A stretch of DNA of 64,000 nt from an uncultured Actinomycetes bacterium (GTDB lineage Bacteria; Actinomycetota; UBA4738; HRBIN12), in contig CAWAWO010000005.1 in NCBI GenBank assembly GCA_963785835.1, forward strand, positions 484,657-548,656. The letters run 5' to 3'. Each line of letters starts with the position of its first letter. Within the stretch, counting starts at the first letter, position 1. Made by a program: the position numbers and the translations under genes. The notes below the pieces were generated by a model. That model was not told where the DNA came from and did no database searches. It was given only the letters and a program-made list of their open reading frames with translations. This document shows, in pieces, positions 1 to 10,334 of this stretch.

Positions 1-62
1 TCTCGACGACAACCCTGATTGGGGGATGCCCCCACCGACCGGTTGAGGCTCCGCCCAGACCT

Positions 63-110
63 GCGCCGTCGGCTACCGGAGCCTGCTCCTCCGGTGGCCG
101 CCGGCGCTTT
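63..110 (+). terminator. Probable intrinsic terminator of the upstream gene
   Basis: GCGCCG-T-CGGCTACCGGAG / CTCCGGTGGCCG-C-CGGCGC forms an 18-bp stem with a 7-nt loop, followed by TTT. Confidence 0.55.
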
Positions 111-167
111 CGTCGGAAGGGACGAGAGAAAGCCCTGGATCATCAACCTCAGTGCGCCTTCGCGCGA

Positions 168-749
168 GTGACTCCGCAGGTGATGATGTCGGTGATCGGC
201 CCGCCAGTCGCGGCGAGGAGCAGGCTCGTGCTGGAGCGTTCGGAACGGGTGATCCGGCCGGTGCCGGAAGCCTTCGAGGACTTCTACGTCCGGGAGTACC
301 TGGGCGTGGTCGGTCTCGCCTATGCGCTCTCTGGCTCCCGATCTGGATCCGAGGACCTCGCCCAGGAGGCATTCATGGCGGCCCATCGCGACTGGGATCG
401 GATCGGCCTGTACGACAAGCCGGGCGCCTGGGTCCGCAGGGTCGTGGCGAACCTCTCTGTTTCGGCCTTCCGTCGCCGAGCAGTCGAAGCGAAGGCGCTC
501 GCGCGCATCGCGTTCGGACGCGAGGAGCCGCTGCCGGACCTCGCCGAGGGGGACCCGGAGTTCTGGGCGGCGATCCGCTCGCTTCCCCGTCGGCAGGCCC
601 AGGTGCTGGCCCTCCACTACCTGGAGGATCGATCGATCGTCGAGGTCGCCGAGATCCTCGACGTCACGCCCGGGACCGTGAAGCGACACCTTCATGACGG
701 GCGGCAGGCGCTCGCCCGGCGCCTGAGGTCGGAGGAGGGCGACGTATGA
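168..749 (+). CDS. ECF RNA polymerase sigma factor (SigE-like); exact start uncertain
   Basis: Region 2 (SEDLAQEAF, PGAWVRRVVAN) and region 4 (LPRRQAQVLALHYLEDRSIVEVAEILDVTPGTVKRHLH). Confidence 0.92.
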   Translation: MTPQVMMSVIGPPVAARSRLVLERSERVIRPVPEAFEDFYVREYLGVVGLAYALSGSRSGSEDLAQEAFMAAHRDWDRIGLYDKPGAWVRRVVANLSVSAFRRRAVEAKALARIAFGREEPLPDLAEGDPEFWAAIRSLPRRQAQVLALHYLEDRSIVEVAEILDVTPGTVKRHLHDGRQALARRLRSEEGDV

Positions 750-1825
750 CGCTCGACGCTCGTGGCCGTCGCGCCGGTGACGACTTCAGGCGTGAGGTCG
801 ATCACCTCGGGTCGTCGCAGCCTGACCGTCGGTCCTTCGCTCGGTTCGAGCGGATCCGAGCTCGGAAGCTTCGGAACCGCCGGATCGGCGCCGGACTCCT
901 CGCAGGTGCCGTGACCGTGGCGGCGATCTTGCTCCTTGGGAAGGTGTTCGCGCCCGTCGGTCGAGAGCCGGCCGCTCCTCCCGTGCCCGGGGGCCTCATC
1001 CTCTACGCGGACGCGGGCTCCGAAGGACTCGCGGATTGGTTCACGGTGCGGCCGGACGGCACCGCGACCCGCGACCTCGACATCGAAGCGACCTGCGCGG
1101 TCTGGTTCCCGGACGGCCGCAAGATCCTGATCACCGACGACGACGCCGCTCGAGCGGGCGCGCCCCTGCGCCCGGCCGTCGTGGAGCCCGATGGATCGAG
1201 CCGCCGCCCTCTGGATGCCACCAGGAACCCGGATCTGAACCTAGGATGCGGGGACGTATCGCCCGACGGGATCAGGATCGCACTGGAAGGCTTCGGCCAG
1301 GACGGTCATCCCGAGCTCGACGGGATCTACTCGGTTCGGGCCTCGGACGGCGGCGGGCTCACCCAACTGCTCCGAGGCCCCGTGGCACCCCCGTGGTACT
1401 CGCCCGACGGCACCCGCCTCAGCTTCTTCGGCACCAAGGAGGGCGTCAGCCCGACGGGATCCGGGGCACTGTTCGTGATGGGAGCCGACGGTTCCGACCC
1501 GGTCCGGATCACTCCCTGGGGCTACGCGTTCGACGATCATGCATGGTCGCCCGATGGAACCTGGATCGTCTTCCAGAGGCCGTACGGACGGTTGTATCTC
1601 GTGCGCCCTGACGGCTCAGGGCTCCATCCGGTGCAGCTCGAGCTCGAAGCAGGCGAGGGCGCGCTGGAGCCGTCGTGGTCCCCCGACGGGGAGTGGATCG
1701 TGTTCAGCCTCCAGCGCTCCGACCGTGGCCAGATCTTCATGGTCCGACCCGATGGGACCGAACTCAGAAAGGTGACCGGAGCCCCCGGCGTCCAGGCGGA
1801 GCGCCCTGACTGGGGAACGCCCTAG
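746..1825 (+). CDS. Membrane-anchored TolB/PD40 beta-propeller protein, possible anti-sigma factor
   Basis: ATGA overlap with the sigma gene; short cytoplasmic N-terminus, one TM helix, repeated WSPDG/SPDG motifs. Confidence 0.85.
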   Translation: MTLDARGRRAGDDFRREVDHLGSSQPDRRSFARFERIRARKLRNRRIGAGLLAGAVTVAAILLLGKVFAPVGREPAAPPVPGGLILYADAGSEGLADWFTVRPDGTATRDLDIEATCAVWFPDGRKILITDDDAARAGAPLRPAVVEPDGSSRRPLDATRNPDLNLGCGDVSPDGIRIALEGFGQDGHPELDGIYSVRASDGGGLTQLLRGPVAPPWYSPDGTRLSFFGTKEGVSPTGSGALFVMGADGSDPVRITPWGYAFDDHAWSPDGTWIVFQRPYGRLYLVRPDGSGLHPVQLELEAGEGALEPSWSPDGEWIVFSLQRSDRGQIFMVRPDGTELRKVTGAPGVQAERPDWGTP

Positions 1826-2034
1826 CCCGCTCATAGCCCCCTGCGGGTGAGCCGGGACACCCAACGAGCGCCACTCCAGAGAGCCGAGATCGGAGTGGAA
1901 GGGCGTCCACGCGGCCGCAAGGATCGGCGCCTCGCAGCCGAAGGTGGTGTCTCTCACGGGGATCTCCGAGCCCGAAGAAGCCGTGGCGATCGACTGGCGC
2001 GAGCAGCCCAACATCGTGGCGTAGCATCGCCGTC

Positions 2035-2370
2035 ATGGCGTACGACGAGGCCCTTGCTGGCCGTATCCGGGAGCTCCTCGCCGGCGAGGCCGGTCTGACC
2101 GAGCAGAAGATGTTCGGGGGACTCGCGTTCCTGATCGGGGGCAACATGGCCGTCGCCGCCAGCGGTCAAGGTGGAGTCCTGGTCCGGGTCGACCCGGAGC
2201 GGTCGGACTCGATCGTCGCGTCGACGAGCGCGCGCCCGATGGAGATGCGGGGCCGGAAGATGCAGGGGTGGCTCCGCGTCGCACCGGAGGAACTGCGGAC
2301 GAAGCGACAGCTCGCGAAGTGGGTAACGCTCGGCGCGACCTACGCGCGCTCGCTTCCCGCGAAGCGGTAG
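2035..2370 (+). CDS. TfoX N-terminal domain protein
   Basis: MAYDEALAGRIRELL, EQKMFGGLAFLIGGNM, MRGRKMQGWLRV. Confidence 0.85.
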   Translation: MAYDEALAGRIRELLAGEAGLTEQKMFGGLAFLIGGNMAVAASGQGGVLVRVDPERSDSIVASTSARPMEMRGRKMQGWLRVAPEELRTKRQLAKWVTLGATYARSLPAKR

Positions 2371-2418
2371 TCGCACGCACCGGCCGGCGCCGTTCGACGT
2401 CGTGATAGAACCAACACG

Positions 2419-3805
2419 ATGGCGGAGAGGCTGTCGCCCGAGGACTCGCGCATCCTCGCGCTCGAGTCCAAGTCGATCGTCGGGCACACGTGCAAGGTCG
2501 TGATCGCCGAGCGGACCGGCGACGGCGTCGAGTACCTCCGCGACCGGATCGTCGCGTCGCATCGCGCTCGCGCCGAGCTGTCGACGGCGGATCGTGATCA
2601 CTCCCTACCGCATCGACGCGCCGGTGTGGGCAGACGACCCGAACTTCGACGTTCGCCGGCACGTCCGTAAGGTGCCCGTCGCCGGACCCGTCGGGGATGG
2701 GGAGCTGCGCGAGATCGTCGCTCGACTCATGGCGGAACGGCTACCGCGCGATCGGCCGTTGTGGGCGATCGACGTCGTCGAGCCCCTCGAAGACGGCACG
2801 AGGGCCGTCATCTGGCGCATCCACCACGCGATGGCCGACGGGCAAGCGGCGATGGCGATCGGCTCGGCTCTGCTCTGGAGCGACTCGACCGACCCTGAGC
2901 CCGACCCTCCGCGCCTTCCCCCCGCCGAGCCGCTACCGACCTCGAACATCCTGATCGCGGCCGCCCTGTCGGACCGGGCCCACGCGGTCGGCGACACCGC
3001 CCAACGGATCGGGCGACGGGTCGCGTCACGCCGCCGTTTGCGGGAGAGCCTCGAGGAACTCCGCGGTGCCCCCAGCGCGATCCGGCGCGAGCTGGTACCC
3101 GAACGCGAGACCTCGCCGTTGAACGCGCCGGTGGGGCGGAGGCGTCAGGTCGCGTTCGTCGACCATCCGCTCGACGCCGTTCATCGCGCATCGCACGCCC
3201 TTGGCGAAGGGGTGACGATCAACGACCTCCTCCTCGGTGTGATCGCCGGCGGGCTGCGCCACTGGCTGGAGGCGCGGCACGGCTCGATCGGGCCGCTGCG
3301 TGTCCAGGTGCCGGTGAGCATGCATCGAGAGGGTGAGGCGCCCGGCGCGGTCCCGAACCGGGACTCCTTCGTCAACATCGACCTTCCCGTTCAGGAAGCC
3401 GACGCCGCGCGGCGCGTGTTGGCCGTCAACGAGCAGATGCGGGCCCGAAAGGAGGATCGCGACGCCGAACAGCTATACGCGGTCTTCGCGGACGTCGGGC
3501 ACGTGTCGAAGCACCTGTTCGACCTGGCGCACCGCATCGCATCGAACCCGCACATCTTCGCCCTCTCCGTCTCGAACGTGCGTGGTCCGGCGGGCACGCA
3601 CTACCTCGCGGGAGGGCAGATCCGGGAGGTCTACTCGCTCGCGGAGGTCGCCCCGCACCACGCACTCAGGGTGTCCGCGATCTCCTTCGCCGGACGGATG
3701 GCGATCGGCCTGTGCGCGGACGCCGACGCGATCCCGGAACTCCCCGAGCTCGCCGAAGGCGTCCAGCGGTCGATGGTCGAGCTGACCGAGGGCGCCACCG
3801 CCTGA
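2419..3805 (+). CDS. Wax ester/triacylglycerol synthase family O-acyltransferase (frameshift near 2550-2595)
   Basis: Catalytic HHAMADG, RDRPLW, TINDLLL, VPVS, SNVRGP; N-terminal RLSPED in a different frame. Confidence 0.85.
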
Positions 3806-3863
3806 GGATGCTCCAGATCGACGGGTCTGCGGGTGATTGACCGGGCCTCGGGCATCGAACAGA

Positions 3864-3879
3864 CTGAACAGGTGTTCGA
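3864..3879. promoter_or_regulatory. LexA (SOS) box overlapping the ruvC start codon
   Basis: ctGAAC-aggt-GTTCga matches the Gram-positive/actinobacterial GAAC-N4-GTTC consensus. Confidence 0.8.
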
Positions 3880-4378
3880 TTCGTGCGTGCTCGGGGTCGA
3901 CCCGGGCGTGTCCGCGCTCGGCCTGGGGACGGTTGGCAGGCGGGATCGGCGGCCCGTCGTGCTGGCTGCCGAGACGGTCCGAACGCCAACCCACCTCCCG
4001 GAGAGCGAGCGCCTGCGACTCCTCTATGAGGCGGTACGGGACGCCATCTCCGCGCACCGTCCTGGATCGGTCGCGATCGAGCGGATCGCGTGGAACAAGA
4101 ATCAGGTCAGCGCGATGGCGGTCGCCCGCGCCACGGGCGTCGTCTTGCTCGCGGCGGCCGAGGCCGACCTGGATGTCGAGGAGTACGGCTCGCTCGAGGT
4201 GAAGATGGCCGTGACAGGCCAGGGGAACGCCGACAAGGCCCAGGTGCGCGACGCGCTCGAACGGTTCCACGGCCTGCAAGACCTGCCGAACGAGCCCGAC
4301 GCCGTCGACGCCGTCGCGATCGCGCTCTGCCACCTCACCCAGTCGCGTCTGCGGCGTGTGGCAAGGTTGGCCACGTGA
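3872..4378 (+). CDS. ruvC: Holliday junction resolvase RuvC
   Basis: VLGVDPG, AIE, VKMAVTGQGNADKAQV, DAVDAVAIALCH. Confidence 0.96.
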   Translation: MFDSCVLGVDPGVSALGLGTVGRRDRRPVVLAAETVRTPTHLPESERLRLLYEAVRDAISAHRPGSVAIERIAWNKNQVSAMAVARATGVVLLAAAEADLDVEEYGSLEVKMAVTGQGNADKAQVRDALERFHGLQDLPNEPDAVDAVAIALCHLTQSRLRRVARLAT

Positions 4379-4947
4379 TCTCGTTCCTCGAGGGTGATGT
4401 CGCCGAGAAGGCCGGGACGCGGGTGGTGATCTCGGTCGGCGGGGTCGGCTACGACGTGCTCGTGCCGGCCTCCACGCTCTCGAAGCTGCCACCGGTGGGG
4501 CGGCCGACTCGCGTGCACACGCGGATGACGGTCCGCGACGACGCGATGGTCCTGTACGGGTTCGCGAGCGCCGACGAACGGGAGCTGTTCGACCTCCTCG
4601 TGACCGTGAACGGCATCGGGCCGAAGGTGGCGCTCTCGTTCCTGTCCGTGCTCTCGCCTGAGGCCCTACGCCGGGCCATCGCGTCCGGCGACGTCGCGGC
4701 GCTCACCGTCGTGCCTGGAGTCGGCAAGAAGGTGGCCCAGCGGGTCGCGCTGGACCTGAAGGACAGGCTCGGTGGCGACGAGGTCGTGATCGTCGACGGC
4801 CCGCTCGTGGACGTCCGCGAGGCGCTCCTCGCGCTCGGCCTGTCGCCGCAGGAGGCGAGCGAGGCGATGACCGGCCTCGCGCCGAACGGCGACCGTCCGG
4901 TGGAGGACCTCCTCCGAGAAGCACTGCAGCGCGTAGGGCGGGGGTAG
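4375..4947 (+). CDS. ruvA: Holliday junction branch migration protein RuvA
   Basis: GTGA overlap; [31 protein letters not shown]. Confidence 0.97.
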   Translation: MISFLEGDVAEKAGTRVVISVGGVGYDVLVPASTLSKLPPVGRPTRVHTRMTVRDDAMVLYGFASADERELFDLLVTVNGIGPKVALSFLSVLSPEALRRAIASGDVAALTVVPGVGKKVAQRVALDLKDRLGGDEVVIVDGPLVDVREALLALGLSPQEASEAMTGLAPNGDRPVEDLLREALQRVGRG

Positions 4948-4951
4948 GGTG

Positions 4952-5980
4952 ATGCGCGACGTGAGCGAGGACCCGCGGATCGTGGACGCCGAGGTGCCCG
5001 AGGAGGAGCGCGAGTTCGACGTCGCGCTCCGCCCGCGTCGGATCGACGAGTTCGTCGGTCAGGAGCGGATCAAGGAGCAGCTCGCGCTGCTGATCGACGG
5101 AGCCCACGCGCGCGGCGAGACCGTCGATCACCTCCTGTTCTCGGGGCCGCCGGGGCTCGGCAAGACCACGCTCGCCGGCATCGTCTCCAATGAGCTCGGC
5201 GTCGGGTTCCAGCCGACGTCCGGCCCGGCGCTCGACCGGCCGGGCGACCTCGCCGCGATCCTGACGAACCTCGAGGAGGGCGACGTCCTGTTCGTGGACG
5301 AGATCCACCGGATGCCTCGCGCCGTCGAGGAGGTCCTGTATCCGGCGCTCGAGGACTTCAAGCTGGACGTCGTGCTCGGCAAGGGACCGAGCGCGCGCAG
5401 CATCCGGCTCGACCTGCCGAGGTTCACGCTCGTCGGCGCGACCACCCGCCCCGGGCGGATCACGCTCCCGCTCCGCGAACGGTTCGGGTTCTCGCCACGA
5501 CTCGACTACTACTCGGTGGAGGACCTGGGCGCGATCGTGCACCGCTCGGCCGGGATCCTCGCGGTGACGGTGGACGAGGAGGGCGCCCAGCAGATCGCCC
5601 AGCGGTCTCGAGGCACGCCGCGGGTCGCCAACCGCCTCTTGCGGCGGGTCCGAGACTTCGCCGAGGTGCGCCACGACGGCCAGATCACGGCCGAGGTCGC
5701 CCGCGCCGGGCTCGAACTCTTCGAGGTCGACGAGCAGGGGCTCGACAAGCTCGACCTCGCGATCCTGTCGACGATCGTGGGCAAGTTCGGAGGTGGCCCG
5801 GTCGGGCTGTCCACGCTCGCGGCGGCCATCGGCGAAGAGACCGACACAGTCGAGGACGTCGTCGAGCCCTACCTGCTCCAGCTCGGCCTGCTCCAGCGGA
5901 CGCCCAGAGGCAGGGTCGCGACCGAGCGCGCATACCGTCATCTCGGCGTTGCCCGCGAGGACGCGCTCCCGCTCGGCTGA
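4952..5980 (+). CDS. ruvB: Holliday junction helicase RuvB
   Basis: [36 protein letters not shown]. Confidence 0.98.
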   Translation: MRDVSEDPRIVDAEVPEEEREFDVALRPRRIDEFVGQERIKEQLALLIDGAHARGETVDHLLFSGPPGLGKTTLAGIVSNELGVGFQPTSGPALDRPGDLAAILTNLEEGDVLFVDEIHRMPRAVEEVLYPALEDFKLDVVLGKGPSARSIRLDLPRFTLVGATTRPGRITLPLRERFGFSPRLDYYSVEDLGAIVHRSAGILAVTVDEEGAQQIAQRSRGTPRVANRLLRRVRDFAEVRHDGQITAEVARAGLELFEVDEQGLDKLDLAILSTIVGKFGGGPVGLSTLAAAIGEETDTVEDVVEPYLLQLGLLQRTPRGRVATERAYRHLGVAREDALPLG

Positions 5981-6056
5981 ACCTGCAGCCTTCCGGCGGC
6001 GAACCGAGCGGTAGCCTGTATGCTGCCTGGTCACCCCCGAGGAGGCTCGTCAAACA

Positions 6057-6428
6057 ATGGTGTTCGGAATCCTTGCCCAAGAGGGCGGTGCGGCCGGCGG
6101 TTCGCTGATCGGCCTTGCGCTGCCCGTCCTCATGATCGTGGGCTTCTACTTCTTGCTCATCCGTCCGCAGCGCAACCGCCAGCGCGCCCAACAGGCGCTT
6201 CTCGCCTCCCTCGAGGTGGGGGACGATGTCATGACCACCGGAGGGATCTTCGGCACGATCATCGAGATCGATGACGACGAGGGCTACGTGATCGTGGAGA
6301 TCGCGCCCGGCACCCGCGTCCGGATGGTTCGTCAGGGGATCGCGCAGCGCTTCGTGGAGGATGAGGCCGGGTACGACGAGGACGAGGGCGGCGGGTCCGC
6401 CGACGAAGGGGTCGACCGGGAACCGTGA
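6057..6428 (+). CDS. yajC: Preprotein translocase subunit YajC
   Basis: FYFLLIRPQ, GDDVMTTGGIFGTI. Confidence 0.95.
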   Translation: MVFGILAQEGGAAGGSLIGLALPVLMIVGFYFLLIRPQRNRQRAQQALLASLEVGDDVMTTGGIFGTIIEIDDDEGYVIVEIAPGTRVRMVRQGIAQRFVEDEAGYDEDEGGGSADEGVDREP

Positions 6429-7162
6429 GCACGGAAGCAGCGCCCGGCGCGCGTTCGCTTGAGCCGGCGGTGGAACCGGAACCGGCGGTCGAGCCCGGAG
6501 GCGAAGGGATCACCCTCGAGCTGGTCCAGGACGATCCCGAGCTCTCGTCATTCATCACGGCGGCCGACCGCGTGATGGAGGGTCTGGGCTACACGGAGCA
6601 CGGCTTCCGGCACGCCAACCTCACCGCGCGCATCGCGTTCAACGTCCTGTCCCGCGCCGGGTTCGACGAGCACACGGCCAACCTGGCGTGCGTCGCCGGC
6701 TATCTCCATGACGTCGGAAACATGATCAGCCGCGAGGCGCACGGGCAGACCGGCGGCGTGCTCGTCTACCAGGCGCTCCGCGATCGGGTGCCGGCCGCCG
6801 ACCTGGCGCTGATCGTCTCGGCGGTCGCGAACCACGAGGAGGACAACGGCTACGCGGTCTCGCCGGTCTCGGCGGCCGTGATCCTGGCCGACAAGTCCGA
6901 CGTCCACCGGAGCCGGGTGCGCAAGTCCGGCCAGATCGAATTCGACATCCACGATCGCGTGAACTTCGCGGTCGAGCAGTCGTTCCTGCGGGTCGACTCG
7001 GCGGCCAAGACCGTGAGCCTGGAGCTCACGATCGATACGCAGATCAGCCAGGTCATGGAGTACTTCGAGATCTTCCTCGGCCGCATGCAGCTGTGCCGTC
7101 TGGCGGCCGAGGTGCTCGACTGCAAGTTCAAGCTGCTCATCAACGGCGCGGAGCTGGCATGA
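6425..7162 (+). CDS. HD-domain phosphohydrolase
   Basis: GYTEHGFRHA, YLHDVGN, ANHEE, ILADKSDVHRSRVR. Confidence 0.88.
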   Translation: MSTEAAPGARSLEPAVEPEPAVEPGGEGITLELVQDDPELSSFITAADRVMEGLGYTEHGFRHANLTARIAFNVLSRAGFDEHTANLACVAGYLHDVGNMISREAHGQTGGVLVYQALRDRVPAADLALIVSAVANHEEDNGYAVSPVSAAVILADKSDVHRSRVRKSGQIEFDIHDRVNFAVEQSFLRVDSAAKTVSLELTIDTQISQVMEYFEIFLGRMQLCRLAAEVLDCKFKLLINGAELA

Positions 7163-7181
7163 GCCTCGCGGGGATCGAGCG

Positions 7182-9188
7182 ATGAAGAAGCCGCGCGCCC
7201 TGTGGACGGCGATCGTGTTCGTCCTCCTGCTCGTTGCGGGCGGGATCGCCCTGCTCGTCACCGGGACGCAGCCCGTCCTCGGCCTGGACCTGAAGGGCGG
7301 GATCTCGGTGATCCTGTCGGCGCCGGAGGGCACCGAGGACGACGTGATGGATCAGGCGCTCGAGAACATCCGGAGCCGCATCGACGCGTTCGGCACCGCT
7401 GAGCCGTTGCTGTTCGTGACCGGCGACACGATCGAGGTCCAGATCCCCGGGCTCGCACAAGGCTCGATCGAGGAACGGCCGAAGACCCAGTTCTGCATCG
7501 CCGACACCGAGGGTGTCTCCTACGGCTGCTTCGAGGAGGAGCGGCCCGCCGACGCCGAGATCGAGGCCGCCGCGGTCGATCCCGTCGTGACCTCGGTATG
7601 CCTGGCCGGAGAGGCGTTCGGCAACGCTCCGCTGTGCTTCCCGACGCAGGAGGAGGCGGATGCCGCGCTCGAAGAGATCAGGATCCAGCGGCAGCAGCAG
7701 GAGTTCTGCTTCGCGGGAGCCGCCTTCGGAGAAGCGGCGCCCTGCTTCCCGACTCGCGACGAGGCCGAGACGCAGCTCGAGGGCGTCGACACCGTCGCGA
7801 CGCAGACCTTCTGCATCGCCGGCAGGCGCGACGCTACGCTGTCGAGTGACTTCGGCCCCGCGTGCCTCCCCACGACTGAGGAAGCCGAGACGCTGCTCTC
7901 CGAGCTCGAGGTTCAACGCTCGGACGCGGAGTTCTGCGTGCTGAGCTCGGCCGGCGAGAACCTCGGGTGCTTCCTGTCCAGGGAGGACGCCGAGGCGCGC
8001 CTGCAGGAGACCGGCCAAGAGCGTCTGCTGCAGGTGATCGGCCAGACCGCGCGGCTCGAACAGCGCGAGGTCCTCGAGGTCCTGACTGCCGCGACCCCCG
8101 GGTACGAAGCGGCGACGCTCACGTGTTCGACCGAGGCCGAGCAGGGAACGCCCGAGTGCTCCTTCGAGGAGCTTTCCGATCAAGAGGTCGTGTTCCTGGA
8201 CCGGGACGGGCGGACGAAGTATCGACTCGGCCCCGTCGAGCTCACCGGCGACGCGATCGATCAGGCGGCGGCGGTCCTGGACACCGGCGCGGCCGGCGCC
8301 GTCGGCCAGGGGTGGCAGATCCAGTTCGATCTCACCGATCAGGGGGCGGACACGTTCGCCGACGTGACGACGCGCCTCCAGGGTGGCCAACTCGCGATCG
8401 TCGTCGACCAGGAGGTGGTTTCGGCGCCGACCGTGCAGAGCGCGATCACCGGTGGCACCGGCGTGATCACGGGCAGCTTCACAGAGGCTCGCGCCAAGGA
8501 CCTCGCGACCCAGCTGAACGCCGGAGCCCTGCCGGTCGCGCTCACGACCCAGCAGGTGCAGACGGTCAGCCCGACGCTCGGGGACGAGTCGCTCCAGCAG
8601 GGGCTCGTCGCGGCGATCGCCGGACTCATCCTGCTGTGGATCTATCTCCTCTTCTACTACCGGGTCCTCGCGATCGTCGCCTGGATCGGGATGGCGATCT
8701 GGGCGTTGCTGGCGATCGCCCTCATCGCGCTCGCGGGACAGACGATCGGCTACAACCTGACGCTCGCCGGCGTCGCCGGCCTCGTGATCTCCCTCGGCGT
8801 GACCGCGGACTCCTACATCGTGTTCTTCGAGCGGCTGAAGGATGAGGTCCACGGCGGTAAGTCCCCCCGGTCGGCGGTCGGGCCCGGGTTCCAGCGGTCG
8901 TTCAAGACGATCGTCGCGGCCGACCTCGTGACCGCGATCGCGGCGCTCGTCCTGTACCTCACCGCGATCTCCTCCGTCCGCGGGTTCGCGCTCACGCTGG
9001 GCGTGGCCACCTTGCTCGACCTGTTCGTCGTGTACTTCTTCAAGCGCCCCGCGGTCTCGCTCCTCGTGCGAAGCGACCGAGCGGTCAACTGGCGCTGGTT
9101 CGGCGTGAAGGCGGGCCTCGCGGCCGACCGTGAGGCCGCGCCGGCCGCTCCCGCCCCGGCTCCCGCGATCGCCGGAGGGTCGGAGTGA
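7182..9188 (+). CDS. secD: Protein translocase subunit SecD with a Cys-rich repeat insertion
   Basis: LGLDLKGG, LAIVVDQEVVSAP, LNAGALP, VSPTLG, GVTADSYIVFFERLKDE, VRGFALTL. Confidence 0.96.
   Translation: MKKPRALWTAIVFVLLLVAGGIALLVTGTQPVLGLDLKGGISVILSAPEGTEDDVMDQALENIRSRIDAFGTAEPLLFVTGDTIEVQIPGLAQGSIEERPKTQFCIADTEGVSYGCFEEERPADAEIEAAAVDPVVTSVCLAGEAFGNAPLCFPTQEEADAALEEIRIQRQQQEFCFAGAAFGEAAPCFPTRDEAETQLEGVDTVATQTFCIAGRRDATLSSDFGPACLPTTEEAETLLSELEVQRSDAEFCVLSSAGENLGCFLSREDAEARLQETGQERLLQVIGQTARLEQREVLEVLTAATPGYEAATLTCSTEAEQGTPECSFEELSDQEVVFLDRDGRTKYRLGPVELTGDAIDQAAAVLDTGAAGAVGQGWQIQFDLTDQGADTFADVTTRLQGGQLAIVVDQEVVSAPTVQSAITGGTGVITGSFTEARAKDLATQLNAGALPVALTTQQVQTVSPTLGDESLQQGLVAAIAGLILLWIYLLFYYRVLAIVAWIGMAIWALLAIALIALAGQTIGYNLTLAGVAGLVISLGVTADSYIVFFERLKDEVHGGKSPRSAVGPGFQRSFKTIVAADLVTAIAALVLYLTAISSVRGFALTLGVATLLDLFVVYFFKRPAVSLLVRSDRAVNWRWFGVKAGLAADREAAPAAPAPAPAIAGGSE
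7485..8015 (+). repeat. Five tandem protein-level repeats (about 35 aa; FC..G..CFPT.EEA) inside secD
   Basis: FCIADTEGVSYGCFEEE / VCLAGEAFGNAPLCFPTQEEA / FCFAGAAFGEAAPCFPTRDEA / FCIAGRRDATLSSDFGPACLPTTEEA / FCVLSSAGENLGCFLSREDA. Confidence 0.85.
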
Positions 9189-10330
9189 GCATCCGACGCG
9201 CGTTCGATACGTTCCGCGGATACCGGCATCCCGAATTCCGCATCATCCAGCAGCGCCGCCGCTGGGCGATCGTCTCCGCGGTCGTGATCGCCCTGTCGCT
9301 GCTCGGCTTGCTCTGGCGCGGCCTGAACCTGTCGATCGACTTCACCGGTGGAACGCTGATCGAGTACGAGCTCGCGAGCGACGTGACCGTCGACGAGATC
9401 CGCGAGCTCCTGGAGTCCGACCCGTACGCCCGCGAGAGCGCCGAGGTCCAGATCGCCGGCGGTGACAGGGTCTCGATCCGGACGAGTGCGCTCACCGACC
9501 TGTCGGCCGAGGAACGCACGCAGCTGTTCGACGCGCTCGCCGAGCAGGCGGGGATCCCGGCGGACGACATCAGCGCGCAGGTGGTGGGCCCGACGTGGGG
9601 CGAACAGATCTCGCGTCAGGCGCTTTTCGGACTCCTGATCGTCCTGGCGGCGATCACCCTGTACATCACGCTGCGGTTCGAATGGAAGATGGCGCTCGGG
9701 GCGATGGTCGCGATGGTGCACGACGTGGTGGTCACGGCCGGCGTCTACGCGCTCACCGGCCGGGAGGTCTCGCCGGCGACGGTGATCGCCATCCTGACGA
9801 TCCTCGGGTTCTCCCTCTACGACACCGTGGTGATCTACGACAAGGTCAATGAGAACGTCGAGTCCACCGCGGCGCTCGGCAAGGACACGTACGAGGGGGT
9901 CGCCAACGCGTCCATGAACCAGGTGCTGATGCGCTCGGTCAACACGTCGCTCGTCGTCGTGCTCCCGATCCTGTCGCTGCTCCTGTTCGGAGGGGCGACG
10001 CTCAAGGACTTCGCCTTCGCGATGTTGATCGGTGTCATCACGGGCGCGTACTCGTCGATCTTCGTTGCCACCCCGATCCTCGTCGTGCTGAAGGAGCGCG
10101 AACCGCGCTACCAGCAGCTCCGGGCGCGGATCGAGGGCCGTCCGAGCGCCCGGCGCCTGCAGGCCGTGCCCGCGCCGGTGCCCGCTCAGGAGGAGGAGCC
10201 GGAGGTCGCGCAGCAGGAGCTCGCGGCGGCGGCATCGTCGTCGTCTTCGACGCGGCGCCCCGGCACCACGTCGTCCCGGCCACGCCCCAAGAGCAAGCGG
10301 CGCCCGCCCGCCAAACGCCGGCGGAGGTGA
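9185..10330 (+). CDS. secF: Protein translocase subunit SecF
   Basis: IDFTGG, VGPTWG, HDV, GFSLYDTVVIYDKVNEN, GAYSSIF. Confidence 0.97.
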   Translation: MSIRRAFDTFRGYRHPEFRIIQQRRRWAIVSAVVIALSLLGLLWRGLNLSIDFTGGTLIEYELASDVTVDEIRELLESDPYARESAEVQIAGGDRVSIRTSALTDLSAEERTQLFDALAEQAGIPADDISAQVVGPTWGEQISRQALFGLLIVLAAITLYITLRFEWKMALGAMVAMVHDVVVTAGVYALTGREVSPATVIAILTILGFSLYDTVVIYDKVNENVESTAALGKDTYEGVANASMNQVLMRSVNTSLVVVLPILSLLLFGGATLKDFAFAMLIGVITGAYSSIFVATPILVVLKEREPRYQQLRARIEGRPSARRLQAVPAPVPAQEEEPEVAQQELAAAASSSSSTRRPGTTSSRPRPKSKRRPPAKRRRR

Positions 10331-10334
10331 TCTC

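Noticed and set aside
6461-6498. Short tandem repeat at the start of the HD gene
   Set aside because: Two imperfect copies encoding EPAVEP in a disordered N-terminus; no spacers or array structure.
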